The notes beneath the pieces were generated by a model. It worked only from the letters and a program-made list of their open reading frames with translations. It was not told the DNA's origin and did no database searches. Shown one piece after another: positions 13,542 through 25,760 of a stretch of DNA of 64,000 nt. The stretch's first letter is position 1, and each line of letters opens with the position of its first letter. Source of the stretch: Camelus ferus (Eukaryota). The stretch is taken from positions 48,114,001 to 48,178,000 of the forward strand of contig NC_045707.1 in NCBI RefSeq assembly GCF_009834535.1. The letters run 5' to 3'. A program made the translations under genes and the position numbers.

Positions 13542-14231
13542 ATGGATATATGTGTGTGCATTTCTTTTACAGAAGTATGCTAGGAATAATCATTTTAAAA
13601 CTTGTTTGCATTAGATGAGGTAGGTTTAAATAAGAATTTTAAAAATAACATTGCTTGCACAGGAAACTCTCTGACTTTAAAATGTAATGGAAAAACCCCC
13701 AGACTTGTTTCCTCTGCTTATCACCCCGTTCCTGCCTACGCATTTTCCCAAAGTTGAAAAGAGCCCTTCCATTTTACCCATTTGGAAATAAACCAGCATG
13801 CCAGTCTCCCATCAAGGGCCACGGCGGGTGTTTAGGTTGGATGCAGAGTTTTGTGCTTCTGTGCTTTTGCCCAGGGTGGCACGGTAAGTGAGGACTGCTA
13901 CTTCAGTAATCATCTCCAGCCCTCTTTGACAAGCCCTAGCATAGTGTTTCAATAGTTTTTTAGGTGACCTTAATCACCACCACAGCCTTAAAGAGCATTT
14001 TCAAAACAAAGCCATGATTTGCACGTAGATTGATTACTCAGACCAGCCAAGCTGAGGATACATTCTCTGTAACGTTATCATATTACTCATAGTTGTAATC
14101 TGTACTGTGAAAGAATCAAGTATGGGGGATATTCATAGTGGATTTTTCTGAAAATTGAAAATGGGTTACCAATATCATACTCTTCCCTAGAAAAATGGGA
14201 GAAACATGCACATGTACATACACATGGGAAG

Positions 14232-14578
14232 TAACAATAATCATACTTATTATCTGCTTGACACTGTTCTAGACTCTATTTGGGAACTGATTCATCTAAC
14301 TCCTTTTCTCAGCAACACAATGAAACATTGCTATTATTATCTATTTACTCTGTCGAGCAATTGAGTCAGGGAGAGGTCCGGTACTTTGCCCATGGCAGGG
14401 GTATAAAGTGAAATGCACAAACCTGTCTCTTTCATGTAATATACAGATACTGACCAGAGGCCAGAGCTGCTGACGCAGTCAGTCAACTTACCCATCGTGT
14501 TTTGTAGAAGTTGTAATGGTAGGAAATAAACTGCCTACTCCCAATATCTTGCCATACGGTGAGTAGATAGTGGAGATA
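14232..14578 (-). mobile_element. MIR SINE split by duplication copy B
   Basis: GAGAGGTCCGGTACTTTGCCCATGG | CCATACGGTGAGTAGATAGTGGAG rejoins to the MIR consensus GAGAGGTTAAGTAACTTGCCCAAGG-TCACACAGCTAGTAAGTGGCAGAG. Confidence 0.65.
14395..14550 (+). repeat. Copy B of the diverged ~155-bp local duplication
   Basis: Colinear with 13383-13541, about 70% identity by manual alignment. Confidence 0.9.
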
Positions 14579-15390
14579 TTAATGATAGTAAGAATAATAA
14601 ATAGGAATTGAGTGTTTCCTAGGCAAGGCCAGGCACTCTTCTAAGAGCTTTATTATGTATATTATTCTATTTAATTCCCACAACAGGCCCAAGGAGAGAA
14701 TTCTTATGTTCATTTCAGAGCAACAGAAGTGAACTACTTTCTCTTAAATCTTACATGCAGGGAACAGGAGAGCAGGGGTTGAATGCCTGAGCTTGTGTGA
14801 AAACCACGAATCAGAAGTGCTTCTGTTGGAAAGTTCTTTTGCTAGGTCCCTGGACAGTGACGTGGGCCCCCTTCCCATGTTGGCTGCAAGGACACTGGAC
14901 TTACTAGCGAGTTTCTTCTCCCTCCACCGAACCTCAGAATCTTTCCAGCCCCTCATTGTCCTATCCCATTGCCTTAGGCACCCGCTCTTCTGCCCAAAGG
15001 TCCATTTCTTTAAGAGCTAGCCCTGGCTGGTTAGCGTATAGCCTAGCCAATCTGAGAACCTACTTCACAACGACGCATCGGCAGTTTCAGTTACCTGTGG
15101 TCAACCGCAGTTTGAACATTTTAATTGGAAATGTTGAGAAAGAGACAATTCATAAGTTTTAAACTGTGCGCCGCTGATCAGAGTTGAGTGATGCAATCTC
15201 ACGCCGGCATGTTCCATCCTGCCCAGGCTATGAGTCATCTCTTTGTCCAGGACATCCCACAGGTTAGTCACTTAGTAGGGCATCCTGGTTATCAGATCTA
15301 CTGTTATGTTCAAGTAGCTCTTATTTTACTTAATAATGGTCCTGAAGCACAAGAGTAGTGATGCCATCCAGGTATGCCAAAGAGACGCAA

Positions 15391-15590
15391 AATAGAGCAG
15401 GTGAAAGGGAATGGAGCGTCACAATGCTGGTGGGACAGTGCTGTCTCACATAGTCACCAAGGAAAGCTTCTCTGCCCATGTGACATTTGAGCAGAGAGTG
15501 AGGAAGTGAGATGTGTGGCAACCTGAGCTAAAAGTTTTCATTGTAGAGGGAAGAAAAAATTCAAAGGCTTTGAGGCAGGCTTATGCTCAT
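15391..15590 (-). mobile_element. L2 fragment embedded in MER44
   Basis: CAAGGAAAGCTTCTCTG...GTGACATTTGAGCAGAGA...GTAGAGGGAAGA...CAAAGGCTTTGAGGCAGG is the antisense L2a signature. Confidence 0.75.
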
Positions 15591-15800
15591 TCAGTGAAAA
15601 GGTGAAAGTTCTCAACTTAAGGGAAGAAAAAAAAATCCTACACTGAAGTTGCTAAGGTCTGCCCTAAAAACGAATCTTCTTTCTGTGAAATCGTGACGAA
15701 GAAAAATGAAATCTGTGCTAGTTTTGCTGTAGAACCTCAAACTACAAAAGTTACGGCCACAGCGTGTGATAAGTGCATAGTTAAGATGGAAAAGGAAAAG
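15591..15800 (+). pseudogene. Degenerate Tigger transposase N-terminal (HTH) remnant
   Basis: Lies within MER44. Translates to SEKVKVL... and EICASFAVEPQTTKVTATACDKCIVKMEK; frameshifted and truncated. Confidence 0.7.
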
Positions 15801-16597
15801 AAAATATGTTCAATAAGATATTTTGAGAGAGAGAGAGACACCATTTGTGTAGCTTTTATTATGGTGTATTGTTATAATTGTCCTGTCTTATTGTTAGTTA
15901 TTGTTGTTAATCTCTTACTGTGCCTGATTTATAAATTAAACTTTATCACAGGTATGTGTGTATAGGAACAACACAGTAAATAGAGGGTTTCATTCTATCC
16001 ATGGTTTATGCATCCACCCAGGGTCTTGGAACGTGTTACCTGTGGATAAGGGGGAGTCACTGTAGTGGCAACAAATGAGATAATACGTTCCAGATACTCA
16101 CATTATTTGGCATAGACTCTAAGCAATGTAATCACAGTTTATTGTCCTCTGCAGGCCACAATCATTCTTTTATTTGTTCAATAAACATTGAGCGACCATG
16201 ACGGCCTGGGCACCATGTGGGGGGCGACATTAGTATTTGTGACGGGACTGTTTTGGAAATGCAGTGCCTCATTCATTGGAGTGACGTCAGTGGTGGGCGC
16301 CTTAGTCACCTTGGCAGCCGGGCTTCTTGGCTCCTCTCAAATCACATTAACTCAGTGGCCTTTGACTCTGCTTATCTGAAGGGCTGGTCTCACTTGCAAC
16401 ACGTTAGAAAAAAGCCACGGAGTTTGACTCCATTGTGAAAAAAAGGGGAAAATGCCTCATCTGGGGTTAAATTCTTTCACATGTAGGAGATGCCGTTTTT
16501 CTGACCTGGAATATAAATATGAAATGGAACTTGGCTGTCGGAAAATTCAGCTTCAAAAGAGAAATTTATTTTAGTTTCTGTGATGGGATTGGGATAA

Positions 16598-16665
<68 letters not shown>
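16598..16665. repeat. (TAT)n microsatellite, ~22 units
   Basis: Perfect trinucleotide run. Confidence 0.98.
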
Positions 16666-18530
16666 GTTTGTTTAAATAATTGGGTTTCCTTTTAGCCCAT
16701 TTCTAGGCCATTAGAGAGGCAGTTTTTTGGTCAGGAGGACTGCTACACTTTTTTTTTTCTAGTACAACTTCAGCTTTTTATTTCATACAGAATGATCATC
16801 ATCTGCAGGCACTTCTTTGTGGAGAGCCCCCCTGACTAGAATAGCCAATTTATAGTAATGGGCACAAGTCAGGGGACTCAGAGCTAAAATGAACAGGGTT
16901 TTTTTTTAGATCTAATGAAGACTCTCTGTCAGGCCCCATTTGGATCTAGTTAACGAGGGTCGGATTGAATTTGCCATCTTCAGAATATTGTAAGGTCTTT
17001 TGGGCCAGTAAACAATTTCCCTTATTTTTCTGTCCAGAAATAAGGGTGAGGTTGAATTGTCAGGGGAAGCATTTGTGTGTCACAAGTCATCAGGAGTCCT
17101 GCATTTGGTGGATGACTTGCAGGTCATCTTAGATAGGCCCTTTAATCTTCCTGTGTTTTCCTTTCTCCGTCTGTGAAGGCATGATAACACGCCCTGGGCT
17201 TCTAAGGAAGGCGCTGTTAGGAAGGATGCAGAAGGTATGTTACTTGAGACGCTTTTGCTAAAGAACTTTGGATCACTGTTTGCTAGAGATTATGATCTTA
17301 AGGTGGTACAGTATCTTTGCGGCAAGTTAGTTTGAGTCAAAGTCCTTGCCAAGGAAATATCAAATCTGAAGGAAGGGAGGGTCATTCCTGGTATTTCATG
17401 AATTTAGAACTGACCTCTGACATGTGCTTGCTTGTTCATGCTTTTGTTTCATGGTGAGAATAGCCTTTGAGAGGCCAAATTAAACCTGCCCACAGTGAAA
17501 AAAGGCAAATTCTTTGCTCAGCTTCTGACTGTAAATCACCAGTAACATCTTGGCAGCTTTGTTCTGTTGCTTTGGGGGAACTTTTCATGCCTGTGAGTCA
17601 AATCGGTAGAACCCCTTATTTTCTGTCACCTTCTTACTTCCCTGCCCTTCGTCTCCTCCCTCCTCCACCCCCTTGAAACGACTAGGAAAGACCTGCAGCT
17701 TTTGTCTTGTGAATTTCCCATTGGCAGTGCCCCAACTCTCAGAATCGTTCTGTTTCCCCAAAGGGGATCACCAGATGCTCAGTCTGTGATCAATGAGCAG
17801 TGTGCTATTTGGCTTTGCCTGGGCTTGCCCACGTGTCCTCGCAGAAATGTAAACAGAGGCGCAACAACTTTGCTCCGGGTGGTGGGCAGGACTTCAAGTC
17901 AAGTAACAAAGCCAGACAGAGGCAGGAAACGTTGCTCCTTCCTCTGCAGGGCTCGTACTTGCAGGAGGATGGGTTTTCTCGGTATGAGTTCTAGGGCGTT
18001 AGATGGTGGTGTTTGAACAATGACGGTGGTCCCTCGGGGTAAACAGCCACCTTCTAAGAGCTGTGACAATTCATCAATCTGTGTTACTCCCCACGCTTAA
18101 AAAATTCTTAGCCATTTCTTATCTTGCAGTATCGTGGGGAAATACAGAGTCATGTGGTTAGACTTTAAAGCAACAGTTATATTCACTTTGTATTGTTTAT
18201 GTCAGCCAAAAACTGGAGTGGACCTGAATGTCTTACAAGAAGGATTTGATTAAATAGATCATGATGTTTATCTGTGGGTCTCCCTGCCAGATATATCTAT
18301 TTCTACCATTTAAAATGAAGGTGTAAAACAGTGGGTTTTTGATTTTAGATTGTTAATATCTTTAGAAAGCTTGGTGAAAGTGATCAGCCATCTCCCCAGA
18401 AAAATGCCTATCTGCTATAAAGAACTTAGTAGAAATAATATTGAATAATTTTGACATATGGAGTATGGAACAAGCAGCTTATAAAAAGAGTAAAATCTCA
18501 TCTTTGTTTTAAAAAGAATCCACCTATGTT

Positions 18531-18977
18531 TGTATTAGGAGGAAAACATTTTTCTCAACCCTCTTAGGATACCTGGCTGGATCTGAAAATTCAACTGACA
18601 AAGACAGATGAGCGGCAGAAGAGCAACACATTTATTTAAGTTTTACATTACATGGGAGCCTTCATAAGGATATGAAGACCCAAACAAACAAACAAGTATT
18701 TTCTGCTAGCTTTGATGAAGAGAACAGGGTAAATTAAAGGGTAGGAGGTAAGTGTGCTAACCTGGGGAAAACTTAGCAGAGCCTGTTTGTTAGGATTCTT
18801 CTTGGTGTTCCTTTGTCTTCAGAGGTAAGGATGCTCCTTTCCTCTGGGTATAGGGAGGGCATCTTTCACAGGAGGATTTTATGGCCCATTTAGGGGAGAA
18901 AGGTGAAGAGGGAAGAGGTCAGAATGACCTTCCGGCTTCTGCTGTTTTCTCAAACTCCTTCAACATGCCAAGGTGCT
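18531..18977 (-). mobile_element. ERV1 solo LTR, MER31/MER67-like
   Basis: Minus strand reads GCACCTTGGCATG...TTTGAGAAAACAGCAGAAGCCGGAAGGTCATTCTGACC...CCCTCCCTATACCCAGAGGAAAGGAGCATCCTTA. AATAAA lies near its 3' end. Confidence 0.75.
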
Positions 18978-19649
18978 GCAGAAAAGGCTTTGAAAGGCTG
19001 AACGTGAAGATGCTTAACAACTTCTCTGGAGGATAAGGATCTAGTCTGTGTGCTTGTGTGTATCTTCTGCCTTGCGAGAACTATGCACAAATTGCTGTTA
19101 TAAGAATATGCCACATGTTTGTTTAAATTAAAAAAAAAAGTTGTAACCTTTTTTTAGCATGTATGTTAGAAACCTGGGGACATTTTTAGCTCTCATCTTT
19201 GTTCATCAGATGATGAAGTACTAGACTGGAGGGACATTAGGATGAAGGGACACTGTTTCTGAATGACATTTAATTCGGTCCAAGTAAGAAGGTACCAGAT
19301 TGACAAACTTCTTTTCAACATGAAATACACAGATAAAACATATTTAAAAGATTCAGATGAATCAGAACTAATTCAAAAATTAGTGACCAAGAAAAGCCAG
19401 TCTATAGGTAACCTTTAACTTGATGTCAACAGCATTTCCCCTCCTGGGATGGCCTTTGGGTACCCATGGCAACTCAATATTTTAGGAGAAAAGGAATCTG
19501 ACATTCCTATTTCTTCTGTCTTTGGAGGCATCCGGGAGAACTTGTTCCACCTTTGCTGAACTTGCTGTCACAACTTGAAGGTGAAGTTTGCATATCCCCT
19601 ATTCACTGGCAAGTTTCTTTAAAGAAAGAGAAATTAGTTTGGGGGCTGC

Positions 19650-20184
19650 AGGGCTACCTACTTGGCATCCATGCCCCCTTTCTTGGGTAGCAGGGCACCC
19701 TCATCTTCCTTTGGAGGGGACATTTTCTATTCTCAGTTGCTGCAGCTTTCGGGAGGCGAGCATTGTCCTGGTGCTCCAGGAAGAACACATGACCCAGGCC
19801 TGGTCACTTAGCGCTGTCTTTCTCTGAGGCCACAGCGATGGGATCAGGGGTAGGCACGTGATCCCATCCCATTGATGAGATTACAAAGAAGGACCTCTTG
19901 ATAGAGATTTCTACACAGAGGTTTCTCAGCTGGGAGGATAAAAGCCTAAAATTGTGGAACAATCCTGTGGAAGAATGAAAGCAAGACAGCACAGCAGAGC
20001 CACAAGGTGGAAGATGGCAGGAAGGGGTCAAGGTTGGCCATCAAGTCCTGGGGCTTCATTTGATCCATGTCTGCCTGAACCACTGGAGTTTTCAAGTGGT
20101 GTGTGACAGTAATTTCCTTCTTTAATTTAAGTCAGTTTGCATTAGAGCTATTTCACTTATAGCTGATTGGGTCCTGATTAATAT
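19650..20184 (+). mobile_element. MaLR LTR, MLT1K-like
   Basis: CACATGACCCAGGCCTGGTCA, GGCCACAGCGATGGGATCAGGGGTAGGCACGTGA, end GGTCCTGATTAATA. Confidence 0.7.
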
Positions 20185-21832
20185 GCTGGTTTAATAATAA
20201 CAATTATAATAATACTTATTGAACACTCCTCAAATAGCAGACCTTGTGTCAATCCTTTATATGCCTTCTCTTATTTAATTCTTACATTAGTTCTTTTTAA
20301 GAAAGGAAACTAAGACTCAGAAAGATCCCTCAGCCGGTAACAGATCCAGATTCAAACACAGATGTGTCTAAAGCCCAACATCCGTAACTAACATCCTATC
20401 AACTTAGCAGCAATACTTGATGACAGTTAGGCCCGACAGCTGGTGGATTAGCTGGTGTTCATTTTTACAAAGGGAGGGACTAAGGATAGTAAATGAGTAT
20501 TTAATAACCATGGCCAGTTTTAGGGGTTAAACTTTCCTCCCCCTCAGTGGAGAGGCCCGTGGCCCCTGTTATTATTCATTTTGTTTTCTGATTACCAGGC
20601 AAAGTTTGACAGAAGAATCTCGACTGTCTTCATCTTATAACCAGAGTCGCAGAAACTCACTGACCTGTAGGTGCATATCCTACAATTGCTCTGGGGCTTC
20701 TTAGGCTACACACAAGCAGACTTGGATTTAAAGCGAGGGCCCTTTAAGAATCCAGGAGGAGCTATATACCCCTTTGGTGACATGTTATAAACCAGAGTGG
20801 GCTTTCTTCTCATTAATGCAATGAAAATAACTATTTTATCAGCTCTGCACCACTTCATTCTCAGGTAGAGTTTGCTTACACTTTACATAACAGAAGACTT
20901 CTCTCTTAAAGTTTGAAGAAAACAAGGTACACATATGCCTGGGAAGCACCAAGTATGGTTTTGTCTGTGGCTCTGAGGTTCACGCTGTACTCATAACATC
21001 CTGTTCTTCTCTGCTAGCTGTGATGTGGTAGATAGCGGTCCCTCCCCGATGGCTGTTAACAGCTGAGCTCATTTTTCATAAGGATGCTGCTGTGTGAGAC
21101 CGAGGAAATGGGCCACTGCTGCCTCCCTCTTTGTTACTCTTACAGTTAAGGATGGGTCTTCCCAGCTGCTTTGAGAATGCCCTTTCCATCTTCTCTAAAA
21201 TTAGGTCTTGAATTCCTTTGGGATGTGTGGCAAACTTAAACCTTTACTGGAAGCCCAGAGAGTATTAGTGAGTGGGAAATAAGTCTCACAAAAAAAAAAA
21301 AAAACAACAAGGTCACTTGTTTAGCATAGGCAAAATCTGCTCTGTTGAACTCAGCAGCTGTAGAGTCAGGAAAGGAAGTGGCTTTTGGGGAAAGGTGTGA
21401 TGATAACTGAGACTGAGAAAAAGCAGCGTAAGTGAAGTCATCATAGGGACTGGGATTTCTGACTTCTGATCCTCCCTTCAGTAGGGGACTGAAGGGCTGA
21501 GAGATGACTTTTTGTACGATATATTTATCGACTTCCAAATGACCTTGTGCCTAAAAATCACATCTATTGCAAAGACATAAATGGAATAAGGGATAAAATC
21601 TCACTTCTGTGGTCAACGAGCTGCCTCAAAATTAGTTCACTGCATTTGGAGATTCTGAAGGCATAACTAGAAAAGGAATGACTTCTTCTGGTCGATTACA
21701 AAGGAAAGTATTTCCCTTCTGTCCTTGCAAAGTCACCGTTTTGGAGACAGATAACACAGTGGGGTGTGTTTACTTAGATGACCTTTGTTAGACAGCGTAA
21801 TGTGCATCCATCCTCTGACTGTCCTTCTCATT

Positions 21833-22135
21833 GAGCAGTTCCAAAACTGGCCTCATCACTGGACTCATGAGATGCTTTGGAAAGAATAGAAAGATCCTTT
21901 GTCAAACTGAGACCTACTGAGTAGAAACACATAAGAACAAGGCCATCTGTAATTATACTTAGGTGATTTTTTTTTTCTGGTGGGGGAGGTAATTAGGCTT
22001 ATTTATTTATTCTTAGAGGAGGTACTGGGGATTGAACCCAGGACCTCATGCATGCTAAGCGTGTGCTCTACCACTTGAGCTATACCTCCCCCCCCCCCCG
22101 ATTCTTATAATCAACCAGAGAGCCATCACTCTAGT
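21833..22135. mobile_element. Degenerate MER5-like hAT element hosting the SINE
   Basis: AGACCTACTGAGTAGAA and AGGTGATT|CTTAT, split by the SINE. Confidence 0.45.
21967..22099 (-). mobile_element. tRNA-Ala-derived camelid SINE (Vic-1-like)
   Basis: Minus strand GGGG-AGGTATAGCTCAAGTGGTAGAGCACACGCTTAGCATGCATGAGGTCCTGGGTTCAATCCCCAGTACCTCC with Pol III A/B boxes, an AATAAATAA/CTAATTACCT tail and poly-A. Possible short TSD GATTYTT. Confidence 0.9.
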
Positions 22136-22654
22136 CTTCTCTCATTAGGATGGATAAATCAATCAGATTAGCAACTTGCCATTTGAAATCTGTAGACATG
22201 ACCTACAGGACAGGCCAGCGTTCAGTTAGGGGTGGAGGGTAGGGAATGGCAGGTGAAGATTAGCAAGATATGGCAGAAGTAAGGCAGGGCTGATGTAGGC
22301 AGCTTGGAAGCATCATACACGAAGTCCTTGTATCAAGTATAGAGGATTCTTGAGATGGTTGGTTGTCTGGACGGGTTTTGAAGATTAGTTTGTTAAAAGA
22401 ATAAAGAGTAGCAAAGCCCACATGGCCTCCTTCAAGTAAAAACAAAAATCTTGTGTCTGTCTGGCTGTAGTGTCCAACGTTGTTATGCTATTCTTCATAA
22501 TCAGGAATCAGAGATACGTATTAAAACCCCATTCCTTCCAAACAGAGACATGAAACAGAAGAAATCTAAATATAGTCATTTCAATGCAACAGACATGTAG
22601 ATGGTATGTTAGTTAGTATCCCTTTTCTACCTGGGAGAGGACATCACATGCCCA

Positions 22655-23090
22655 TTTACTCATTCAGTCATTTCATTCACCATCAATTATTGAGCAAAAC
22701 CCATACTTGTCAGGCCTGGTGGCAGGGGATGGGGAAATGAATACATAGAACTTGGTCTCTGCCCTCTAGATGGTCACAGTTCTGAGGGCATGTAAGAAGA
22801 TTGAATGATTAGCTGTCCCTGGGCAGGAGAAAAAGGTATATCAGGGAAATTTTAGAGAAGGAGATGCCTGCACAAGGTGTTTAAGAATGAAAGGGAGACT
22901 CACCCAGAAAATGGACCCAGTCCATAGCTTGAACAAAGGCAAAATGGCCTGGTGGGTCTGGAGAAGTCTATGTGATTTGCTGTCATAGTGTGAGAGGGAA
23001 AATAGTGGACATGATCTGGTGGTTTGGAATTGGAATCATGCAAGGTCTTGAATGTCCATGTTTCTGTTTTAAGGAAAGAACTTGGCACAA
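22655..23090 (-). mobile_element. L2 LINE 3' fragment
   Basis: CATTCAGTCATT...TATTGAGCA, GGTCTCTGCCCTCTAG, ATCATGCAAGGTCTTGAATG. Confidence 0.7.
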
Positions 23091-23964
23091 CCCAACCACG
23101 TGAAGAATTTATAAACATGCAGCAGAAGAGAACAGAAGCTGCCCAAAGGCCCGGGTGAGTCTGTGTGAACTCCTGCTTTCATTGTGTATATACCTTGGGA
23201 TTGGGGTTGGAAGAATCTACCTTTCAGAGAAGCTGGATATATTAATATGGCAACTCACAACTTATAGAGAATTGGTACGTATTTTCCTTAGCTGCAGAAT
23301 GTTTTTTAAAAAAATGAAAACCACTTCTAGCTTCAATTTTAAAAAGCTTTAACTTGAGGGACCATTAGTCATGAAGGTGTTTTCATAGCAAATGTGTGTG
23401 GGACTGTCCTAGCTTTGTTGGCATTGGTTCAAGAGAACTTATATTATTAAATCTGGACAAGGCCGGGCAAGATGGAGGAAAAAATTTGTGGCACTGTTCC
23501 CATAGCATGAGGTCTCCATTTAAGGGCAAGATAAACGAAAGGCAAAGAGCAAGGAGAGAAAGTGCTGGAATGAAAACAAGTAACAAAGGGAAGATAAAAA
23601 TGGAAATCCCAGTTCAGTGTGAATAATAGGAATGCAAATGGTGCTACTAAAATAGGAAGGAACATTACTTTTCAAAACGGCAAAGCAAAGGAAAATTGTA
23701 GTAGCAAAAGCATTTTTCATGGTAAAATTGTACACTGTGTATGCCTCTCAAGCAAAGCCACCTACTCTAATTTTTCCCAGCACGATGCTGTGAATTTGGT
23801 GAGTCATTTTTTGGAGGTTTACTACAAAGCTCCAATCTGCATAATTTTTTTTGTATAATACATTTGGGTTAAATCTTCCTTTTCCCAGCAGCTACCTACT
23901 AATGCTCCTATTTTATAGCTAAAATTTTTCACCTGGGCTACAAAATAAACCACTTTTTAAAAAT

Positions 23965-25760
23965 GAATAACTTTATGGAATGATCTCTAGGATTTGTTAT
24001 TAAGTTAAAAACTCATGATGGCAAGAAGTGTTTATGGTATGCTGCTGTTTATCTAAGAAGAAGATAATCTGAATATAAATTTGCTTATATTAAAATACAT
24101 CTCAGGAAAAAGTTATTTATGAGGGAGTGAGTGAGGAAACGAGGTGTAGGGGACAGGATTCAAAGTTAAATGTCTCTGAATATATTTTGTTTCTGTTTTA
24201 TAATTCAAAAACATGTAAGTATTTTACATGATTATAAAACAAAGTTAATCATGAGACGACGCACCCTCTAAAAATTGAAAGCTAAATGGCACAAATGAAC
24301 TTGAGTCTCAAATTAGTGGCCTAAACACAGAGAGAAATTATTTCAAGTGACTACTGTAGCTATACCATAAGAAAAAAATTATCAAAAAATACTGAAACTG
24401 TTTTTTCTAATTTTTTTGTTAGTGATAGTATTGTTATTGTTTTATATTTTCTTTTTCTTTCTTTCTTTTCTTCCTTCCTTCCTTCCTTCCTTCCTTCCTT
24501 CCTTCCTTCCTTCCTTCCTTCCTTTCTCTCTTTCTTTCTTTCTTTCTATCTCCTTTCTTTCTCTCTTTCTTTCTTTCTCCTTTCTTTCTTCTCTTTCTCT
24601 CTCTCGCTGTTTTGTGTCCTATGGAATAAAACAAATGAGAAATTATGTTGTTGGGAATTAGATTTTTGGTGTGAAAGAAGGTAATTCATATGTACGATCA
24701 GAGAGGTTAAGTAAAAACCTTGCAGTTTTGAATTTATACTGTAATTGTCAATTGAAATTGTGATATACTTTAACACAAAAAATACAAATTCCTTAGCTCA
24801 CAGAAAAGACCTGGAATCAGTGACCAGCTCAGTAAAAATGAATGCCACTGTATTCATTAACTAGGTTCAAAACTCAGATTGTGATTTCTTAACACTATTC
24901 CCCTCTTAAAAAGAACCAGGGCTCCTTGGGAGAGAACTGAGTCCAACTCTAGGGCAGGAAATATGTAACAAAGAGCCTGGAATAATTTACCAAACCAAAG
25001 AGTGGGGAAGCTATCAGTGACTTTTGGGGTTATGTGTAAAATACTCTGGGAGCCAACTAGGCAAGGCTTTCTGCAGCCAAAGATGGGCCAATTTGAGCAT
25101 CAATAAAATAACTGCAATGGACTGAAACACATCCATTATGTTTAAACTTATACTGATTCTAAAACATATACCCCCACACACACATAGCACCAAAAAAATC
25201 CCCTCAAACCCCCCAAACCATTTGTCCTCTTTAGAGGATACTAGGTAACCAAGTCATAAATTTGAAAGCTAAAAATGAAGAGAAGCAATCCAATGTATAG
25301 CCTATCTTTTCCGTACACTACACCACTGAGTAACTAGATAGAAAATAGCTTCTGATTCAGAGCAAAATGAAAATAAAATTATTAGACAACTGGGGAAATG
25401 TGAGCGCTGATTGTATAGTTAGTAATATTATGGACTTACTGTTAATTATCTTTAGTTATGATTACGAATTTTCATTGTGTTTAAGAAAAAGTTATCTCTG
25501 AAATATATATGTATATCTATCTAATATTTATGCATATATAATTATACATAACATATACATTTACAGATAAAATGTCGTGATGTTTTAGTTTTAGTTCTAA
25601 ATAATCAATGGATGTGAGGCTGAGGAGCATTGGATGGGGGTATAAATAGAATAAGGTTGACCATGAGTTGAAAATTGTTGAACCTGAATCATGTGGGTTT
25701 ATTATATTATTCTTTTTCTTTTGTATATATTTGAAATTTTCCATGTAAATGTTTTTAAAA
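23965..25760 (+). mobile_element. L1MC4-like 3' UTR, ~1.8 kb
   Basis: AGAACCAGGGCTCCTTGG, CCAAAGATGGGCCAATTTGAGCATCAATAA, GACCATGAGTTGAAAATTGTTGAA, end TTTGAAATTTTCCAT. Confidence 0.75.
24447..24605. repeat. Polypyrimidine compound microsatellite including (TTCC)13 at 24471-24522
   Basis: Direct reading. Confidence 0.97.

Larger units (their letters stand above)
15080..16062 (+). mobile_element. MER44/Tigger7 (TcMar-Tigger) non-autonomous DNA transposon, 5' TIR eroded
   Basis: CAGTTACCTGTGGTCAACCGCAG, ACAATTCATAAGTTTTAAA and TTTTACTTAATAATGG. 3' TIR GGATAAGGGGGAGTCACTG followed by TA. Confidence 0.85.

Noticed and set aside
15693..15965. 90-aa ORF as a functional gene
   Set aside because: A fragment of a decayed Tigger transposase running into the non-coding MER44 end.
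22018..22092. tRNA-Ala gene
   Set aside because: It is the head of a SINE with a SINE tail and poly-A, and a second diverged copy lies at ~60615-60690.
24416..24776. ORFs with FLPS/RKEG repeats
   Set aside because: Translations of the microsatellite.
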